A stretch of DNA of 39,685 nt, from IMG/VR virus record IMGVR_UViG_3300032272_000038, positions 1-39,685 of that record. The stretch is one strand, 5' to 3'. The number at the start of each line of letters is the position of its first letter. Position 1 is the first letter of the stretch. The notes beneath the pieces were generated by a model. That model was not told where the DNA came from, did not search any database, and saw nothing but the letters and a program-made list of their open reading frames with translations. This document shows, piece after piece, positions 1-8,101 of this stretch. Source of the DNA: a virus. Its lineage: Duplodnaviria > Caudoviricetes. Made by a program: the position numbers and the translations under genes.

Positions 1-240
1 TCGGCCCGTCGAGTGTCCCAATCGAGCTTGCGCGAACTGGCGGTCATCAAGGCATCGATGTGGTCGACCATGTGCCGAGCTTTCACCATGCGCGAACGCG
101 CCGCCCCAATCGACCCAGCGCTCGTTGTGAGATAGTCGACAGCCCTTGCAATGCTTTCGTCTGTAAAGACCCGATCCGTCATTTCTTCCCCTTCATACGT
201 GCCCAGCGCGCCTCGATCGTTTTAAGGTACTCTTTGAACG
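1..240. repeat. Terminal direct repeat, copy 1 (circular-assembly overlap)
   Basis: Matches 39446-39685 except at positions 9, 12, 30, 36 and 113; 114-240 (127 bp) are identical. Confidence 0.97.
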
Positions 241-688
241 GATAAAACTTGCGAGTGCCGCCGGTAATTTTCCAATAACCCCATTCGCGATCGAGCTTGC
301 CTCGATATGCGAGTGTCACGACTGTTCCGGGTTTCGTGTTCGGGTTCCCGAGTTCATCGAACGTGCCTGCCCAGCGCCCGAGATACTTGTGCGTGTACGA
401 GCTTGGTCGGTAGTGAAGCCGGAAGGCGCGAACGAGTTGTATGCGCGTTTCGCTCGAGTGTTGGTCGGCTGCTTTGTCGACGTAAGACCGCAACGGGAAT
501 GTGTAAAACGGCCATGCGTGATCATGCATCATCACCGACGGCTCGCCCTTATAGAATAGATGCAGGCGAGCGCGTCCGATCCATAGCTGAGTGAAATAAC
601 CATACACTCGGGTGTACCCGACCCAGCGCGTGCCCATGCCGTGAAAGATGTTGTTGATCCGCCCCTCGGGTGTTCGGGTTTCGATCAT
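179..688 (-). CDS. Cupin-fold (cysteine-dioxygenase-like) phage protein
   Basis: ATG at 688 overlaps the upstream stop (ATGA). Motifs LHLF..MHDHAWPF, a distal His (YTHKY) and TL....REWGY resemble the common phage cupin family. Confidence 0.6.
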   Translation of the reverse strand: MIETRTPEGRINNIFHGMGTRWVGYTRVYGYFTQLWIGRARLHLFYKGEPSVMMHDHAWPFYTFPLRSYVDKAADQHSSETRIQLVRAFRLHYRPSSYTHKYLGRWAGTFDELGNPNTKPGTVVTLAYRGKLDREWGYWKITGGTRKFYPFKEYLKTIEARWARMKGKK

Positions 689-1233
689 CCTATAACCATC
701 CCATAAGAGCGGCCACTCGCCGCGGCCTCGGTGTAATAGACCTTTATCCAAATCGCATCACAAAGCGGGTCACCGCCGACACCGAGCGCGCCGTTGACAT
801 CAACCGACATCATCGCCCCGAAGGTGCTGTCGTTGACATTGGCGGCTGTCCAGGTTTCGCCATGCAGTTCCGTTGCGCCGCCGTAGTCGTAATCCACCCA
901 CGATTGCCCGAATACCGAGCTTTCCCCGGCCTCTTGATCGGTCGCGTTGCCAGCGCTCGGGTGATAAAGACGCGCGTCGTTGATCACCGATTGAGTGTTG
1001 TTGTCGAAGCATTGAAAGCGCATTTCTATGCCGTCGATCGTCGCGCCCGTTGGCACCGAGAGCCCGAAGTTAGACCCGCGCAAATAGTTCATTTGCTCGT
1101 CTTTGGCGGCCGCCGCACCGGATGCGCCCGAAGCGTCGTCTGCTGTCACGTTTCCCGGGCTCGACCATGCCTCGGTACCGATGCCGGTAACATTCGCGCC
1201 CGTGCCGGCTATCACCCATCCTGTATCAACCAT
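685..1233 (-). CDS. Putative tail-tip/receptor-binding beta-sandwich protein (module 2 adhesin)
   Basis: 182 aa, beta-rich with W/G motifs (WSSPGN, YGGATELHGETWT). Lies downstream of a tail fibre and ends in VYY-linker-SYGMVIG. Confidence 0.5.
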   Translation of the reverse strand: MVDTGWVIAGTGANVTGIGTEAWSSPGNVTADDASGASGAAAAKDEQMNYLRGSNFGLSVPTGATIDGIEMRFQCFDNNTQSVINDARLYHPSAGNATDQEAGESSVFGQSWVDYDYGGATELHGETWTAANVNDSTFGAMMSVDVNGALGVGGDPLCDAIWIKVYYTEAAASGRSYGMVIG

Positions 1234-1645
1234 TCTCGGCCATCCTGGATTTCAGGCGCTCGACGGCTTTGTGTTGCCGACTGTCGACCAAGATTGCTTC
1301 GAGTGCTCGGGCTTCAGCTTTCGTGAAAGGCTCGGGAAACTTGGCCTTATTCAATAGGCTTTTGTGTACGCCGCCCCGGGCGAGGGCTTCGAAATACACA
1401 ATTCGCTCTTTTGACGTCAGACGCTTCCACGCAAAGCGCAGCCCGTCCTTGATCCATCCATGATGTGCCCGACCCGCTGCGATTTCGCGCTCAAGCTCGG
1501 CCACGAATTCGGCGACTGTCCATTTCGGGTGCTTGGCAACGATATCCTCGCACCAAACACACGCCGGGCAATCCTCGGGGCGGTCTTCCCCTTCGAGTGC
1601 CCGAGCGGCTCGAAATGCTCGGTTGAGTGTTTCCAGCCGGGTCAT
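1226..1645 (-). CDS. Hypothetical helical protein, possible fibre/adhesin chaperone; CxxCxxC motif
   Basis: Start at 1645 overlaps the fibre stop (ATGA); 139 aa; contains CPACVWC. Confidence 0.55.
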   Translation of the reverse strand: MTRLETLNRAFRAARALEGEDRPEDCPACVWCEDIVAKHPKWTVAEFVAELEREIAAGRAHHGWIKDGLRFAWKRLTSKERIVYFEALARGGVHKSLLNKAKFPEPFTKAEARALEAILVDSRQHKAVERLKSRMAENG

Positions 1646-4050
1646 GTTTTGATCACGTCCAGTATTATCGTGCAACGCTCGATAGTGGTGATGCTGTCGA
1701 CGTTGAACCGTAGGATGTCGCCGGCCGAGATGGCCGTTGTCCACCCGGTCAAGGTTGTGTCTTCATCTTTGGTTGCTGACGAGATTGTGGGCACTGCCGA
1801 CGCCGTGATGCTGTCGGCGTCGAGCGGGGGAAAGTTCGCGTAAGTGTCTTTCCAGATATCAATGGCGATCGAGCCGGATTGATCGGCAAGCAACCGGCAC
1901 CCTTGGATCGTACACCCGAATTCGATCGAGAGGTCGCCCTTGATGCCGGTTGTGATGGCCGAGCCCCCGCCGTCGATGACGAAAGCAATCGAGGCTGTTC
2001 GGGTATTGGCTTCGACTTCGATGTCGTCGGCGTTCGCGGTGATGCCTGTACCGCCGATCACGTTGAGGGTGCGGGTTGCTGCGATCGTGCCGCCCCCGGT
2101 CATGCCGGTGCCCGCCGTGACCGATACCCCGGCGTGTGCGACGTGCTCATCGGCGACGAAATCAGAAAAACCATCGTGATGCGCGCCGGCTATTACAGCA
2201 TAGCTTCCGAGATCCGAGATATCGCTCTCGGTGATCGGGTCAACCGTTATGATCTGTCCGGCGATCGAGATATAAGTGCCCGTGCCTGCGAGCGTGACAT
2301 CGGTCGAGTTGTCGGTGCCGGCGGCATCAACCCCGAGCGTTGTTCGTTGGTCGCCCGCGCTCGCGTCGTCGAGTAAGGCCCGGCCGGCGGCCGTCAAGGT
2401 GGCCACCGCGTACACATCCGAGGCGGTGGTGTAGATCATCCGGTCGGCGGCGGTGGTGAGGCCGGCTATTGAGGCGAGCCCGGCGTCGGCGGCGGCGAAT
2501 GCAGCGTCGGCGGCGCTCGTCGAATAAAAGTCAGTGCCGGCTTCGAGATCCAAGAGACCGCGCATTGCGGCATAATTCGCGGCCGTGATGAGCGAGATCG
2601 CGTTCGCGGTTAGGTCGGTGATGTCGCCAGTGTCGAGTGTGACAGAGCCGACCTTGCCAGCGACCGAAGCAACGGCCGCGGTCTGATCATGCTTTGACCA
2701 GTTCGCCGCGTATGTCGATGTCGAGGCGTTCGTCGTGGTCGCAACGATGTTGTCGCCGATGGCGAATTCGACACTGTCGACTGTGCCGGCGACAGACACA
2801 TAATAAAACGACCCGACACCCGCCGTGCCCCCGCCCGGGAATGTGCCAGCCGATGCGTCCCAATCGCCCTCGTATATCATGCCGCTCGACAGCGACGCGA
2901 TATCGGTTTCCATCTGGTCGAGATCAACGGCTTGCGTGACCGAGATAAAGTCGAGCTTCGTCTCATGCGCGGCTAAGAATGAGGCCGTTGTGCCGGCGAG
3001 CACCGAGTTGTATGCCTCGACGTCGACACCGATTTCGAGATTTACAGTCGCTTTGAACGTCGCCTCGTCTGCGTCGTCGAGTATTGAGCGCGCGAATGCA
3101 GTCAAGGGCGCGACTGCATACACATCCGAGGCCGAGGTGTAGATCATCCGGTCGGCGGCGGTGGTGAGGCCGGCTATTGAGGCGAGCCCGGCGTCGTAGG
3201 CTTGAACGTCAGTGCCGGGCACCACTTCGAGCGTGCCCCGAGCAAGCGCCGCGTTCGTGTCGTCGAGTAGGGTTTGTATGAATGCAGGTACAACGGTTTC
3301 CGCTGTCGAACCGGCATGTGAGGCCGTCGTGTAGTATGGCGCATCGGTGAAGGCTGACCCAGCGCCCGACAGGTCGGACACCGCCACCGGCTGGTATTCG
3401 CTCGCGGTTGCGTTCCAGCTGAGAATATTGCCGTCCGCGAGACCCGTCTCATTGACGTTGTCGACACCGCCCAACACATCGAGCCCGAGTGTTGCTCGGG
3501 CTGCTATCGCGTTCGCGTCGTCGAGTAAGGTTCGCCCGAATGCGGTTAGGTCGAAGTACGCTGCCACACTTTCGGCGGTGAAATAGAGCCCCTTATCGGC
3601 GGCCGAGGCCCCGAGTGTAAGAGTTGCGAGTGCGACGAGGTTCGCGTCGGTGAGTGAGAATTGAGTGCCGACGAAGCCCATGCCGGAACCAGCCGAGAAA
3701 AACTTGGTCGCGCCCTCGCTATCATCCCAAAACATTCCGCGGTCGCCGCCCGGGTCGGCAAGTGCCTCAATTCCCAAGTGCGATAGTGCGGCCTTGGCTT
3801 GGCCCGAGGTTCCGAAATCCCAAGAGATCGTTGTTGTATTGGTTGCCACGCGCTCGCTATCGAGACCCGTCTCGCTTGCCGCCGTAATGAATTGAGCCGA
3901 CTTGTCCGCGTACACTGTGCCGAAGTTGGCCGCGTTGTCGAACAGAAACCGGATGGCCTCTTGCACGGTCGAGGCTGGAATGTCGGTGCTCGGGTCGAAG
4001 CGGTCTTTGATGGCCGCCCCGCCCTGCAACTTGTTCTTGAAAAATGCCAC
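1642..4050 (-). CDS. Long tail fibre/virion appendage protein (802 aa) with internal repeats
   Basis: A/G/T/D-rich, with repeated LTAFGRxLLDDAxAxAARxTLG and DAGLASIAGLTTAADRMIYT units, YEGDWDAS and VASVAGKVGSVTL fibre motifs. Its C-terminal domain is shared with 5510-6403. Confidence 0.8.
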   Translation of the reverse strand: MAFFKNKLQGGAAIKDRFDPSTDIPASTVQEAIRFLFDNAANFGTVYADKSAQFITAASETGLDSERVATNTTTISWDFGTSGQAKAALSHLGIEALADPGGDRGMFWDDSEGATKFFSAGSGMGFVGTQFSLTDANLVALATLTLGASAADKGLYFTAESVAAYFDLTAFGRTLLDDANAIAARATLGLDVLGGVDNVNETGLADGNILSWNATASEYQPVAVSDLSGAGSAFTDAPYYTTASHAGSTAETVVPAFIQTLLDDTNAALARGTLEVVPGTDVQAYDAGLASIAGLTTAADRMIYTSASDVYAVAPLTAFARSILDDADEATFKATVNLEIGVDVEAYNSVLAGTTASFLAAHETKLDFISVTQAVDLDQMETDIASLSSGMIYEGDWDASAGTFPGGGTAGVGSFYYVSVAGTVDSVEFAIGDNIVATTTNASTSTYAANWSKHDQTAAVASVAGKVGSVTLDTGDITDLTANAISLITAANYAAMRGLLDLEAGTDFYSTSAADAAFAAADAGLASIAGLTTAADRMIYTTASDVYAVATLTAAGRALLDDASAGDQRTTLGVDAAGTDNSTDVTLAGTGTYISIAGQIITVDPITESDISDLGSYAVIAGAHHDGFSDFVADEHVAHAGVSVTAGTGMTGGGTIAATRTLNVIGGTGITANADDIEVEANTRTASIAFVIDGGGSAITTGIKGDLSIEFGCTIQGCRLLADQSGSIAIDIWKDTYANFPPLDADSITASAVPTISSATKDEDTTLTGWTTAISAGDILRFNVDSITTIERCTIILDVIKT
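2411..2488. repeat. 78-bp direct repeat inside the tail fibre gene, copy A
   Basis: 76/78 identical to 3119-3196; spacing 708 bp, which keeps the frame. Confidence 0.95.
3119..3196. repeat. 78-bp direct repeat inside the tail fibre gene, copy B
   Basis: 76/78 identical to 2411-2488. Confidence 0.95.
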
Positions 4051-4053
4051 CGA

Positions 4054-5022
4054 TTAGCCCCCAAATGTTATAAAGACAGAAGGCCCGCGCGGGTTGTAGA
4101 CGATCACGATCACGCCTTGCGCACCCGAACCTCGGGCCCCGCCGTTTGTTACGTCCGCACCGCCGCCGCCGCCGCCGAACAGTCCGCCGTTGCCAGCCTG
4201 CAAGGTGCTGAAAAACCGGCCGTTCGTGGCCCCGCCACCGCCGCCGCCGCCGGATTGGTCGTCGATGTCGGTGCCGTCCGCACCATCGCCGCCGTGCGCG
4301 TCGCTTGTGAACCCAGTGCCGCCGCCGCCGCCACCACCCGAGCCCGACGTTGCATCTTGCCCGACGTTACTCATGCCGAGCACGCCACCCGCACCGCCGC
4401 CGGACCCATCCGGCCCGCCGCCGCCGTCGCCGCCGGTTGATGCTCCGACGCTTGCCGTGGCGAGGCCCCCGACTGTTGAGCTTGCGCCGCCGGCACCGCC
4501 GCCGCCGCCGCCGCCGACTTGATCGTCGGCGCCCCCGAGAGCATCGTAAATACCTCGGCCGCCGACTTCCCCGTCGCCAGCAACGCCCGCCGCACCGCCG
4601 CCGCCGCCACCCGCTTGTGTTGAGTTGCTTGTACCGCCATCACCACCCGAGTATTTCGTATCGCCGTGCCCGGATGCCGCCGCACCACCTACGCCGCCCG
4701 TTTGAGCCGAGCCCACGCCACCGCCCTTGGCCAATGCGCCCTCGCTCGTGCTTGTCGGCGCCGAGCCCGTGTTCGAGATCCATGTGTCTTCACCGGCAAC
4801 ACCACCCGAGCCGCCGTCACCAACGCGATATGTCAGGGTGTCGCCGGGTTCTGCAACGAAGTTCGAGAGCTGCGACATGGCCCCGCCGGCCCCGCCGGCA
4901 CTGTCGACGCCCCCGGCACCGCCGCCGATTGCGTATATCTCACTAATGGGCCCCCAATCGCTCGGGAGTACCGTGGTAAGGTCCGACCCGGTAGTGGTCA
5001 GATATATGGTCTTGGTGCTCAT
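4054..5022 (-). CDS. Glycine-rich adhesin-like tail protein (module 1 adhesin)
   Basis: Many GGGGGG runs, typical Gly-rich-domain ends (AIGGGAGG ... GSGAQGVIVIVY) and a C-terminal SVFITFGG. Confidence 0.7.
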   Translation of the reverse strand: MSTKTIYLTTTGSDLTTVLPSDWGPISEIYAIGGGAGGVDSAGGAGGAMSQLSNFVAEPGDTLTYRVGDGGSGGVAGEDTWISNTGSAPTSTSEGALAKGGGVGSAQTGGVGGAAASGHGDTKYSGGDGGTSNSTQAGGGGGGAAGVAGDGEVGGRGIYDALGGADDQVGGGGGGGAGGASSTVGGLATASVGASTGGDGGGGPDGSGGGAGGVLGMSNVGQDATSGSGGGGGGGTGFTSDAHGGDGADGTDIDDQSGGGGGGGATNGRFFSTLQAGNGGLFGGGGGGADVTNGGARGSGAQGVIVIVYNPRGPSVFITFGG

Positions 5023-5510
5023 TTCCGGGTGTGGCTCCGACTAGATGGCGAACGGTTGTTTTTCGCCGGGCGGTTCTGCTTGGTCCTTGGTATTTTTTTG
5101 TCTGCAAGCCGCCGGCCTATTCTAAGCGCCTCGGGCGCCTTGCGTTCGAGTTCGATTTGCTCGGCTTCCGAGAGCGAAAGCACGGTTTGACTGGTCAACG
5201 CGACATGCGCGCCGTCTTCGTCGAGCGTGGCAATCACCCGCGACCGGAATTCAGGTGACGCCGGAATGAGCGCTCTGAGTAAGCCCGTCGCATATGCGTT
5301 GCGGCGGTGGTGCGTCGACATTGCCGCCTCGAACACTTCAAGACATTCGAGCAACGAAGCCTCGGGGTTCGTTTTCAAGTACTGCCGCCACAACTTCATT
5401 CCGGGACAAGGGATGTCCGGGTTCGAGCTTGCACGCGCGATGTTTGCGCGTGCCCAATCGGTAACGTGATCGAAAGCGTCTTGCCCCGAGGCATCCATGT
5501 TCCACTTCAT
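5019..5510 (-). CDS. Hypothetical helical protein between fibre and adhesin
   Basis: 163 aa, translationally coupled on both sides; same position as 1226-1645 in module 2. Confidence 0.6.
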   Translation of the reverse strand: MKWNMDASGQDAFDHVTDWARANIARASSNPDIPCPGMKLWRQYLKTNPEASLLECLEVFEAAMSTHHRRNAYATGLLRALIPASPEFRSRVIATLDEDGAHVALTSQTVLSLSEAEQIELERKAPEALRIGRRLADKKIPRTKQNRPAKNNRSPSSRSHTRK

Positions 5511-6403
5511 TAGATAAACCGATCCACCTTTAGCGACAGCGTAAAGCGCGTAATGGTCGCCACACTATCGACATTGACCCGGATGATGTCGCCGGCCGCG
5601 ACGGCCGTTGTCCACCCGGTCAAGGTCGTGTCTTGAGCCTTGACCGCGCTCGACAGCGTCGGCTTCGCACTTGCCGTGATTGTGTCTGCAACTGTCGGGG
5701 GATAATTCGCGTAAGTGTCTTTCCACAAATCGATGACAACCGAGCCCGTTGCGTCGGCAATGAGGGTTGCGCCCGTGATTGTGCAAGCGAACGGTATCTC
5801 GATATCGCCTTGCACACCGGTTGCGACTGCGATGCCGTTGTTGTCCTTGACGAACGTGATTGAGGTCGTGCCGGCATCAAGCTCGAACGTCCCGGCGGCC
5901 GTCTTTCGAACAACGCCGTCGGTTCCCGCAAGAGCTTCGATCGCGGCTAGATCCGGGCTGTTGCCCGAGGTGAGAGCATCACCGCCGAAATCGCTCACGA
6001 GCCATCCGTCGGCGGTCGCGTCGTAGGTGAACCCATAGATGCGCCCGATCGCACACGCACCCGTCGGCACGTTCGTCGGCACGTTGTCGATCAGGATTTG
6101 CTTTGCGGTTAGACCGTCAACAGCAAGCGTTGGATCAACGAGCGAGGCCACGTTCATGCGGGCTCGGAAGAACAGCCCGTCGGCAAGCGCCGCAAAGACT
6201 TGGTTCGTTGTCGCGGTGAACGCCGTCGCTGTGCCAGCGAGTTCGATGTTGCCGGACAGATCATCGCGAAACTTTGCAACGGCTGCCATCACCGCCCGCG
6301 CCGAGCCGTTGATCGAACTCGGGGCTTGTCCTTCGGCAAAGTCGATTGTGCTGTCGGCGTTGTCGTTTTCGCTGGCCGTTTGCGACCATCTGTTCAAGGT
6401 CAT
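5510..6403 (-). CDS. Tail fibre/adaptor protein with N-terminal virion-attachment domain
   Basis: N-terminus WSQTASEN..FAEGQAPSSINGSARAVMA resembles podophage fibre anchors; the C-terminal ~115 aa are homologous to the end of 1642-4050. Confidence 0.75.
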   Translation of the reverse strand: MTLNRWSQTASENDNADSTIDFAEGQAPSSINGSARAVMAAVAKFRDDLSGNIELAGTATAFTATTNQVFAALADGLFFRARMNVASLVDPTLAVDGLTAKQILIDNVPTNVPTGACAIGRIYGFTYDATADGWLVSDFGGDALTSGNSPDLAAIEALAGTDGVVRKTAAGTFELDAGTTSITFVKDNNGIAVATGVQGDIEIPFACTITGATLIADATGSVVIDLWKDTYANYPPTVADTITASAKPTLSSAVKAQDTTLTGWTTAVAAGDIIRVNVDSVATITRFTLSLKVDRFI

Positions 6404-6415
6404 TTTTTCAGTATC

Positions 6416-6730
6416 CTATCGGAAAGCTTTGCCGAACATGAGCCGCAAGAGGTCGAACGGGGTCTTTTCCTGTTCGGGTCTCATGCTCTCTTTATCGAGC
6501 GTGGGTTGGCCTTGGTTCGGGTCGTGCTCGATCGCGAGCGGGTTGCCGGCGTTGGCTTGCGCTGCCATCTTGGGAAGCTGTTGCATGATGCCGGGTTGAC
6601 TGAAATCGGGCCGGGCGCCGGCTTGCCCGGTTTCAAGGGGGAGGCCCGACATTTGCAGGGCATGAGCACGAGAGAACCGAGGATCTTCCGAGCCTTGGGA
6701 GTTGCCGCCGAATAATGATGATTTCGCCAT
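6416..6730 (-). CDS. Hypothetical protein, possible internal virion protein
   Basis: 104 aa in the late operon, AGGA SD. Confidence 0.6.
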   Translation of the reverse strand: MAKSSLFGGNSQGSEDPRFSRAHALQMSGLPLETGQAGARPDFSQPGIMQQLPKMAAQANAGNPLAIEHDPNQGQPTLDKESMRPEQEKTPFDLLRLMFGKAFR

Positions 6731-6741
6731 GTCGAATAGTC

Positions 6742-7194
6742 CTATCGTTGAAACTTCGCACGCTGCGAAAGTATGGCCTGTAAGAAGTTCGGATCGAATT
6801 CTTGCCCGTTCGCCATGAGCGTTTTCATGGCGTTTGCGGCCGGGTCTTGCTCGGGTTGCGGCATGTTCCCGAATGGGCCCGAGCCTTCGGCTTTCTCTTT
6901 GCCGCCCGACCCACCGCCACCGCCGCCGCTGGTGATTGCCTTGAGAGCCGTGCTTGCTATCATTTCAGGGGTTAGGGTGCCGCCGACCGCGCCGCCGGCT
7001 AACTTTCCGAGCGGACCAAGTTGCCCGAGTAACGACGGGATCGACGATGCGAGCCCACCGAGGCCGCCGGCTGCACCGGCCGCACCGGCCGCACCGGCAC
7101 CGAGACCAGCGGCACCGAGCCCGGCGCCGGCCGCTCCGATTGTGGGCATAACCGCCGACAAACCGCCTGCGAGTAATGGGAGAGCTTTTGCCAT
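6742..7194 (-). CDS. Gly/Ala-rich internal virion (ejection-type) protein
   Basis: Hydrophobic G/A/L-rich N-terminus typical of small pilot proteins. Confidence 0.6.
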   Translation of the reverse strand: MAKALPLLAGGLSAVMPTIGAAGAGLGAAGLGAGAAGAAGAAGGLGGLASSIPSLLGQLGPLGKLAGGAVGGTLTPEMIASTALKAITSGGGGGGSGGKEKAEGSGPFGNMPQPEQDPAANAMKTLMANGQEFDPNFLQAILSQRAKFQR

Positions 7195-7195
7195 G

Positions 7196-8101
7196 TCATC
7201 TTCCGAACTTTGGTTTTGCTGCGTTTGCTAGGATCGCTTGGATTGACCCGAGCCCAACTTTCGAATTCGGTTGCGGGGCCCGAGCGGGGATGATCTGAGG
7301 GCGAGGCGCCGGTGGTGGCTTAGGCAATATTTGCTTGGCAATCCCAACGAGATCGCCGAGGCCCATATTGTCTTTTGGCGTCTGGCCGGCCCCTTCCTCT
7401 TGGGCAATCAACGCGCCCCAATTGGTGCCAGCGCCGCCGCCCCCGGGGCTTGCGGGTGGTGGCGTGTAAGGGTTGCGGATTTCCGCCCCATCCTCGTCAA
7501 TGTCCATCGTGTATAGGCTGCCATCTTCGGCCGTCTCGACCCGAGGCGCATCGGCACCGCCGCCGCCGTTCGTGCGGCCGTAACGACCTTTCCACCAATC
7601 GAGGAAATCACCCGACCGGACATTCTCGACCGTGCCGTATTGAGCTTTTGCGGCGTCGGGTAGGTTTCCCCAAATCGCTTTCTTGGCCCATTTCTCGCCC
7701 TTCTGTCGACCTTCGAGGGTCGACGCCATCGAAGCCCATGCCGGGCGCTCTCGGTCGGCATTGTGTGCCGCGAAACCACCAACCCCTTGTTGGTGCGTCG
7801 TGTATAGTTCCCAAGGTTCCGGGGCTCGGCCGTGACGTCGTTGGAAATCGTTCTGCAACGCCTTGATCTTGACGGCGCCCGCGTTCAAGTTGGCTTGCGG
7901 GTTGTATATGTTGCCAGTGCCGCCGTATTTCCTGAATTGCTCATCTGAGAGCTGAGTGAGCCCCTTATATGAGCCCGTGGTGGTGGTCGGGTCGAACCCG
8001 CTTTCGAGTTCGACGAATGAGCGCAAGGCGTTTGGGTCAACGCCGTGTTTTGCGGCGGCTTGCGCAATCAACTGCTCGATCAATTTACGATTACCGGCCA
8101 T
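7196..8101 (-). CDS. Virion-associated lytic transglycosylase (SLT domain)
   Basis: AAKHGVDP..L..FVELESGFDP (catalytic E-S), YKGLTQL, YNPQANLNAG. Start taken at 8101. Confidence 0.85.
   Translation of the reverse strand: MAGNRKLIEQLIAQAAAKHGVDPNALRSFVELESGFDPTTTTGSYKGLTQLSDEQFRKYGGTGNIYNPQANLNAGAVKIKALQNDFQRRHGRAPEPWELYTTHQQGVGGFAAHNADRERPAWASMASTLEGRQKGEKWAKKAIWGNLPDAAKAQYGTVENVRSGDFLDWWKGRYGRTNGGGGADAPRVETAEDGSLYTMDIDEDGAEIRNPYTPPPASPGGGGAGTNWGALIAQEEGAGQTPKDNMGLGDLVGIAKQILPKPPPAPRPQIIPARAPQPNSKVGLGSIQAILANAAKPKFGR

Noticed and set aside
2411-3196. Diversity-generating retroelement TR/VR pair
   Set aside because: No reverse transcriptase in the genome, only two mismatches, and both copies lie mid-gene.
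685-6403. Gin/Cin-type invertible tail-fibre segment driven by the serine recombinase
   Set aside because: Both modules are in the same orientation and I found no flanking inverted gix/hix-like repeats by eye.
6403-6418. Genome-wide TAG reassignment (TAG at 6416 is in frame with the next gene)
   Set aside because: The TAG is part of an AGGA SD; other TAG stops (6742, 18749, 24046, 37332) end genes normally, long genes are uninterrupted and no suppressor tRNA was seen.
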